Of a DNA stretch of 23,818 nt, positions 21,001 through 23,818 are shown in pieces. Positions within the stretch are counted from its first letter, which is position 1; every line of letters begins with the position of its first letter. The DNA lies in the NCBI RefSeq assembly GCF_000150275.1, contig NW_002061000.1, forward strand, positions 15,746-39,563, given 5' to 3'. Source of the stretch: Trichoplax adhaerens (taxonomy: Eukaryota > Animalia > Placozoa). The translations under genes and the position numbers were made by a program. Below the pieces are notes generated by a model that saw nothing but the letters and a program-made list of their open reading frames with translations, was not told where the DNA came from and searched no databases.

Positions 21001-23053
21001 TTAAGTATTGTATAATCTGAACTGGATCAGTAGCATTTACGTTACTCCATATAATGACCATTGCTAGACCGAAAACACGGTAATGACTCTTAAGCAATGA
21101 GCGAAACAAATACATATGACAATTATGTGGCATGGTTAGTTCTTTCTTTATGAAATAAATGCTAGATTTAACTATTCTAGTATTTCGAAAGAAGTTCAAT
21201 CAGTGATGAATAATTCTTTGCACATAATCAGTTTAATTATGGTAGTCTGGTATTCTTGTAAATTACAAAATGACAAAAGTTTCTGAAATTTCATTACTTT
21301 TTTACTAAGATTTATACAAGGTATATGTCTATCATTTATTTATTACACTAAATATTATCTATCACTAGTAGTATATAACACTTAGGTAAAGTAAGTTTTA
21401 ATATAAACTCATATGAAAATATTTAACTTCGATGCAAGGTTTACATTAAAGTCAAATTACCTCATAATCACAAAGCGAATAAATTGGGTTGGCTAAAATT
21501 TTACAGCGCGAAAGATAGTTTGCCATGGGAAAAGGAGATAGTATTTTATTCGCACATCAAATCGGAAGACTGCAAATTAGTAAATATTTTGAGCTTTTGG
21601 TGGCACTGTGATGGAAGTAAATGTAGAGTCGAAATAGATGGTATCAAGAAATTATTTCCGGATGAATTGTAGGTCTTATGTTTTCAGTTTTATAATAGGT
21701 TATATACCATATGTATTCATGCAGGTATATTTAAAAGACCTATTCTTTTGCAGCATGACATGTTACACAGCAGACGCAAATGATATTATGCTATTGAGTA
21801 ATTTCATCCGTTTGCAATCCAATCACCTAACATCAGAGCAGCTTTTGCAAATTCTTATTAATATTATTCAAGCAATTCAATCTATGCACCTGAATAATAT
21901 CGTCCATGGATCAGTTAATACCGATGCTGTTGTTCTTCTTATTCCGCCAAAGGTACAAGAAAGTACATTTGACGGTAGATATTTGAAAATGCAACAATCC
22001 TATAAGATTAAAGTTTTTATTAGTTTATTTTGATCGTACCAGTAATTTGTACTTGGTTTACCTATAAAACTAATATCTCTAATTTTCTGCCTGAATGAAG
22101 CCTTAACCAATGGCATCACCTTCAGAATTGGCTTATTAAATAATTCTCACTATCTTTAGCCTACTTGCAGATAAAGTTAGGATTAGAAATTTACAGATTC
22201 ATGAATCTGCAGTTCCTCTCAATATTGTAAAGAAATAGTTTAGAGTCACTAAAATTTTTTAGTGGGCGAGTATTTCAGAGATATAACGTTTCTGTTCAAT
22301 CAAATATCATCCTCACTACGGATCAGTTAAATTTCTATCATGATTTATTAACGCTCTTGTCGGTCCTTTATAGAAAAGTCACGATAATAGCGATAACTTA
22401 TTGCTTATTTAATGTTATATACCTAGGAACCGATTACCGCCCTATTAGGCAAATTTTCAAATACGACGATATTTAAAAATGATCTCCATGAAATATGCAG
22501 AGATCGATACCGTCAATTACTGAGAGTAGATATTTCAGACATTGCATCGCTATGTAATGAATTAAGTTCATACTGCCAAACGCAAATCGATCAAATAAAC
22601 AAGAGCCAACTACAACCAGATAAAATAATGCAAGCTGAATCTTGGAGATCGATGAACAAGAAAGTAAGCACATAAGAGTGCAATATATTGTATTAACTAC
22701 ACATAACTGATTTCTCATAACAAATACTTAGTGAAAGCAGTAATAATAATAACTCAACCTTGAGTATTACGCATACATTATAATTTAGTTAAAGCAACAG
22801 TAAATTGCCTTCGTAAATTATACAGCACTTATTATATTACATGTCCATGACTAGCTGCACTAGCATAATTGAACAAAATGCCAAGATCATCACGAAGAAG
22901 CTGTCAAATATTTTTTGATGTTCAATAATGTAATTAACATTTATTAAATTTTAGTTACGTACTGTCAAAGATGCCATCAATGATCGATTACAAGAAGATA
23001 GAGAACCAAAGCAAATTCTAGCTGATCTGTGGGCCATTGTCAGCAATAATTAA
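1..23053 (+). CDS. Spliced gene (>=42 exons, 5' end outside window): LRR-containing GPCR (type C LGR / RXFP-GRL101-like 7TM) with >=36 LRRs and a C-terminal pseudokinase domain
   Basis: join(<1..60,956..1027,1638..1709,2046..2111,3178..3255,3338..3409,3515..3586,4398..4469,4577..4648,4755..4826,4889..4960,6359..6442,6606..6674,6878..6949,7097..7168,7402..7473,7782..7856,7986..8057,8394..8462,8572..8643,11164..11235,11322..11393,11823..11894,11990..12061,12326..12397,12578..12649,12753..12827,13117..13194,13498..13566,13781..13855,14005..14073,15672..15743,15969..16043,16345..16422,17905..17976,18168..18239,19617..20531,20742..20809,21439..21668,21754..21952,22427..22663,22955..23053). Introns are GT..AG (one GC..AG) and phases chain without a stop, except next to the N gap. 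Stop TAA at 23051..23053. Confidence 0.88.
956..1027 (+). CDS. LRR exon 2 (72 nt)
   Basis: tatAG|..FLDNTLLEEIPGELFELFKHAII..|GTAAGT. Confidence 0.9.
1638..1709 (+). CDS. LRR exon 3 (72 nt)
   Basis: aAG|..NCNSVNFSSDKGKSLSVLSNLQRL|GTACGT. Confidence 0.8.
2046..2111 (+). CDS. LRR exon 4 (66 nt)
   Basis: cAG|..DITGSQIHPNYTFSHHQLLAHL|GTGAGT. Confidence 0.75.
2527..3091 (-). mobile_element. Solo-LTR-like element, family A copy 1 (565 bp), in intron 4
   Basis: Termini TGTCAC..GTGACA; perfect 5-bp TSD GAAGA (2522..2526 / 3092..3096); clear similarity to 10009..10442; TATA-like GGGTATTTAAGC then AATAAA on the - strand (2699..2669). Confidence 0.82.
3178..3255 (+). CDS. LRR exon 5 (78 nt)
   Basis: tttctAG|..TINNLMTRNLIIRRELFQGLLKLKYL|GTAAGT. 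Confidence 0.9.
3338..3409 (+). CDS. LRR exon 6 (72 nt)
   Basis: SISFNHIQALKNNSFPFLPSLHDL, AG/GTATGT. Confidence 0.92.
3515..3586 (+). CDS. LRR exon 7 (72 nt)
   Basis: QLKVNNISTIEAYSFTRLPNLRKL, AG/GTAAGC. Confidence 0.95.
4398..4469 (+). CDS. LRR exon 8 (72 nt)
   Basis: SLTRNNLKIIIKNTLNSLLNLKEL, AG/GTATGT. Confidence 0.93.
4577..4648 (+). CDS. LRR exon 9 (72 nt)
   Basis: HLESNQISSIEENAFIGMKNLNLL, AG/GTAAGA. Confidence 0.95.
4755..4826 (+). CDS. LRR exon 10 (72 nt)
   Basis: FLESNQIINLKENTFMGLPNVQEL, CAG/GTAAGA. Confidence 0.95.
4889..4960 (+). CDS. LRR exon 11 (72 nt)
   Basis: HLRENKVQQFSMNHFNKIPSLVYL, AG/GTAAGT; preceded by a 62-nt intron. Confidence 0.93.
6359..6442 (+). CDS. LRR exon 12 (84 nt, elongated repeat)
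   Basis: DLCDNAFKEFQDPRANYTTPAFRSLRSI, AG/GTAAGT. Confidence 0.9.
6606..6674 (+). CDS. LRR exon 13 (69 nt, atypical repeat)
   Basis: KTSGNFYYIGNLRYFANKSLEQF, AG/GTAAGT. Confidence 0.85.
6878..6949 (+). CDS. LRR exon 14 (72 nt)
   Basis: FCNKCDIRELQKSHFIGLQKLKWI, AG/GTAATT. Confidence 0.92.
7097..7168 (+). CDS. LRR exon 15 (72 nt)
   Basis: HIRNNLIRFLPENFFRNMKQIRYI, AG/GTAAGG. Confidence 0.95.
7402..7473 (+). CDS. LRR exon 16 (72 nt)
   Basis: DLTLNGLTDFDLASLEGLPNLLRV, AG/GTTGGT. Confidence 0.9.
7782..7856 (+). CDS. LRR exon 17 (75 nt)
   Basis: LLGYNYLTTFKNTASANSVISIENF, AG/GTAAGT. Confidence 0.85.
7986..8057 (+). CDS. LRR exon 18 (72 nt)
   Basis: YAPDNFLTHLKPGLFFNFPYLKLL, AG/GTAAGT. Confidence 0.95.
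8394..8462 (+). CDS. LRR exon 19 (69 nt)
   Basis: YLPNNRLHALPYHLCNGTQLKTL, AG/GTAAGT. Confidence 0.95.
8572..8643 (+). CDS. LRR exon 20 (72 nt; GC donor)
   Basis: DASGNLINKINRQQFSACKYLRTI, AG/GCAAGT at exactly the 72-nt phase-2 position. Confidence 0.88.
9122..9745 (+). mobile_element. Solo-LTR-like element, family B (624 bp), in intron 20
   Basis: Termini TGT..ACA; perfect 5-bp TSD GTTAG (9117..9121 / 9746..9750); TATA motif GGGTATATAAAGCCC 9497..9511; AATAAA 9602..9607; 3' part visibly more GC-rich than the flanks. Confidence 0.8.
10009..10442 (-). mobile_element. Solo-LTR-like element, family A copy 2 (434 bp), in intron 20
   Basis: Termini TGTCAC..GTGACA; TSD TTTCG/CTTCG (1 mismatch; 10004..10008 / 10443..10447); shares cgtaaaacaaatctctaaattactatagtctccgggatt with copy 1; GGGTATATAAGCCC and AATAAA on the - strand (10179..10148). 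Confidence 0.8.
11164..11235 (+). CDS. LRR exon 21 (72 nt)
   Basis: NLSGNKITTVSTKTFIDLKALKEI, AG/GTATGC. Confidence 0.95.
11322..11393 (+). CDS. LRR exon 22 (72 nt)
   Basis: RLNNNSIDRIPLHTFSSASPLTIV, AG/GTAAGT. Confidence 0.95.
11823..11894 (+). CDS. LRR exon 23 (72 nt)
   Basis: NLALNKINFVHENAFGNLAVLQNL, AG/GTAATA. Confidence 0.95.
11990..12061 (+). CDS. LRR exon 24 (72 nt)
   Basis: DLSRNRLTKITASLYENIPYLTYL, AG/GTTGGT. Confidence 0.93.
12326..12397 (+). CDS. LRR exon 25 (72 nt)
   Basis: SLALNRIESVPDFVFANLQGLESL, AG/GTAAGG. Confidence 0.95.
12578..12649 (+). CDS. LRR exon 26 (72 nt)
   Basis: WLGNKRLQYLNQQAFYGLSQLKHL, AG/GTACGA. Confidence 0.93.
12753..12827 (+). CDS. LRR exon 27 (75 nt)
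   Basis: EIGYCRNLRTLNFKLFHNLKSLFAL, AG/GTAAAT. Confidence 0.92.
13117..13194 (+). CDS. LRR exon 28 (78 nt)
   Basis: YLRFCNLNATVFEASSFQQLSGLRAL, AG/GTAAGT. Confidence 0.93.
13498..13566 (+). CDS. LRR exon 29 (69 nt)
   Basis: YLDGNDLSNIDESIFKNMAFHSL, AG/GTTAGT. Confidence 0.93.
13781..13855 (+). CDS. LRR exon 30 (75 nt, atypical)
   Basis: GISFTNLPPTKINFIISLGVDLTNL, AG/GTAAGT. Confidence 0.85.
14005..14073 (+). CDS. LRR exon 31 (69 nt)
   Basis: HLNGLRLKNFINASSISNKIQHL, AG/GTAAAT. Confidence 0.88.
15672..15743 (+). CDS. LRR exon 32 (72 nt)
   Basis: NLDDNSISSVHASSAPILRGLKEL, AG/GTATGA. Confidence 0.93.
15969..16043 (+). CDS. LRR exon 33 (75 nt)
   Basis: YINRNNLGDEEYVKLLTLTPNLKIL, AG/GTTAGT. 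Confidence 0.92.
16345..16422 (+). CDS. LRR exon 34 (78 nt)
   Basis: FLSNNNLSEICPKFQSSIAFSNIIIL, AG/GTTCGT. Confidence 0.88.
17905..17976 (+). CDS. LRR exon 35 (72 nt)
   Basis: NLNGNNVEKLDSYCFWNMPELNSL, AG/GTAAGT. Confidence 0.95.
18168..18239 (+). CDS. LRR exon 36 (72 nt, last LRR)
   Basis: FLIDNPIITFNDRSFGGIEGFRSL, TGCAG/GTAAGT. Confidence 0.95.
19617..20531 (+). CDS. Exon 37: Cys-rich LGR hinge plus rhodopsin-class 7TM domain (most of TM2, all of TM3 and most of ICL2 in the N gap)
   Basis: ctatAG| hinge EYLCCIVPSTVIVCRPNPNQFSLSTCYDILSHDLLRIFIWVIGIISVVGN (RXFP/GRL101-type hinge into TM1); TM4 TTILALVTFWITSITLSGLP; ECL2 YSSNSACLP; TM6 IVATDLICWLP; TM7 LPLNSCINPILYT; phase-1 donor caag|GTAGGT at 20532. 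Confidence 0.93.
19859..19957. other. Assembly gap (99 N) inside the 7TM exon
   Basis: Run of n characters. Confidence 0.99.
20742..20809 (+). CDS. Exon 38: linker and start of kinase-fold N-lobe (degenerate Gly-loop region)
   Basis: ttttAG|(D)IYTGSIHPSHVIALSSNPDLSK|GTAATC; phase 1 to 0 fits both neighbours. Confidence 0.82.
21439..21668 (+). CDS. Exon 39: kinase-like subdomains I-IV
   Basis: VYIKVKLPHNHKANKLGWLKFYSAKDSLPWEKEIVFYSHIKSEDCKLVNILSF..; beta3 Lys at 21496, alphaC Glu at 21535; donor tt|GTAGGT at 21669. Confidence 0.85.
21754..21952 (+). CDS. Exon 40: kinase-like subdomains V-VIb
   Basis: ttttgcAG|..LSNFIRLQSNHLTSEQLLQILINIIQAIQSMHLNNIVHGSVNTDAVVLLIPPK|GTACAA; matches the LHxxxIVHRDLKxxNILL pattern with substitutions. 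Confidence 0.88.
22427..22663 (+). CDS. Exon 41: kinase-like subdomains VII-X
   Basis: cctAG|EPITALLGKFSNTTIFKNDLHEICRDRYRQLLRVDISDIASLCNELSSYCQ..SWRSMNKK|GTAAGC; ALLGKFS aligns with AKLGDFG and DISDIASLCNEL with DxWSxGxxxxEL. Confidence 0.82.
22955..23053 (+). CDS. Exon 42 (terminal): kinase-like subdomain XI and stop
   Basis: ttttAG|LRTVKDAINDRLQEDREPKQILADLWAIVSNN*; phase 0 fits. Confidence 0.75.
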   Translation, partial: LRTVKDAINDRLQEDREPKQILADLWAIVSNN

Positions 23054-23818
23054 AATGATTTCATAGCCTATTCCATGCCAAATGTACTGAATAGTATGAA
23101 TTAATCTTTTCCAATTAATTAATCCGTGATGATATAATAACGTGAAAATTAGAATAGGAAATCGAACCCAGTAAAACGGATAGAAGCAACTTGTTACTGG
23201 AGTTCGTAGCTTTCTTAGATATACGGTAGTTTAAACGATGGTATTAGCTCATTGAATCTATAATGTTATAGATATTTAAACAATATCTAGATGCACTGGT
23301 AGATTCTTATTTCCGTTAACGGTTGTGTTTAGCATAATGATTTACTTTAGTAGTTTAGGGAGCAGTCACTTTTCTCGACTTCTTAGCTAATATTATTTAG
23401 TAAGCTTAGGATAAGATTTTGCGAAAAATGGCCCAGAGAACTCTGGCAACCTCCCTTTAAGTTCGTAATTTTGAATCATGGAATCGATGCTATATTTTAA
23501 GAGTAATTTCTGTTGCTTTGCTTGGCCTCAAGAGGCTATCATAAAGAACATTTAGTTACATGTATCGTCTAGTACCTGGTAATTAGACATCGCAGTCAAC
23601 ATCTATAGCATGCGTGGATATATGTGGAACAGTATTCAATCCTATTCCAATCGATACCAATAAATTCTGTCCTTTCAGTTTTGAAGCTCTAACATAAAAA
23701 TTTTATGTATCCAATATTGTTATCTCGTTCTTGGACCATGTGTGTTGGTAGAGTTCCAACTCGTAAGCATCATTGATCCCTTTCATGCCGCTGATATACT
23801 TTCGATGTCTTCCGATAT

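Noticed and set aside
20823-21020. ORF track 65 aa (+)
   Set aside because: Lies in intron 38; low-complexity AT-rich codons; not needed for the exon chain
22554-22559. Alternative donor t|GTAATG in exon 41
   Set aside because: The frame continues through the kinase-like SLCNEL motif to a better donor (GTAAGC, 22664) whose phase matches the terminal exon
22473-22718. ORF track 81 aa (-)
   Set aside because: Antisense to pseudokinase exon 41
1-23053. Assigning a gene symbol such as RXFP1, LGR4 or GRL101
   Set aside because: Only family-level similarity; LRR number and kinase tail differ, and orthology cannot be shown without a phylogeny

Overview
AT-rich eukaryotic (animal) genomic DNA. The short introns and the gene type suggest an early-branching metazoan such as a placozoan, but this is inference only. 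Almost the whole window (<1..23053, + strand) is one 5'-truncated spliced gene of at least 42 exons that the ORF track largely misses. It has 36 small phase-2 exons, each encoding one leucine-rich repeat (about 870 aa). One large exon then encodes an RXFP/GRL101-like (type C LGR) hinge plus a rhodopsin-class 7TM domain, interrupted by a 99-N gap and a 1-nt frameshift at the gap edge. Five further exons splice in frame onto the cytoplasmic tail and encode a complete but catalytically degenerate protein-kinase fold (HRD to HGS, DFG to KFS, no Gly-rich loop, no APE). The predicted product is a giant LRR-GPCR-pseudokinase fusion receptor. The introns carry three solo-LTR-like elements with 5-bp target-site duplications and hairpins at their termini, and one intron is GC-AG. 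All splice models were read by eye and need RNA-seq confirmation.
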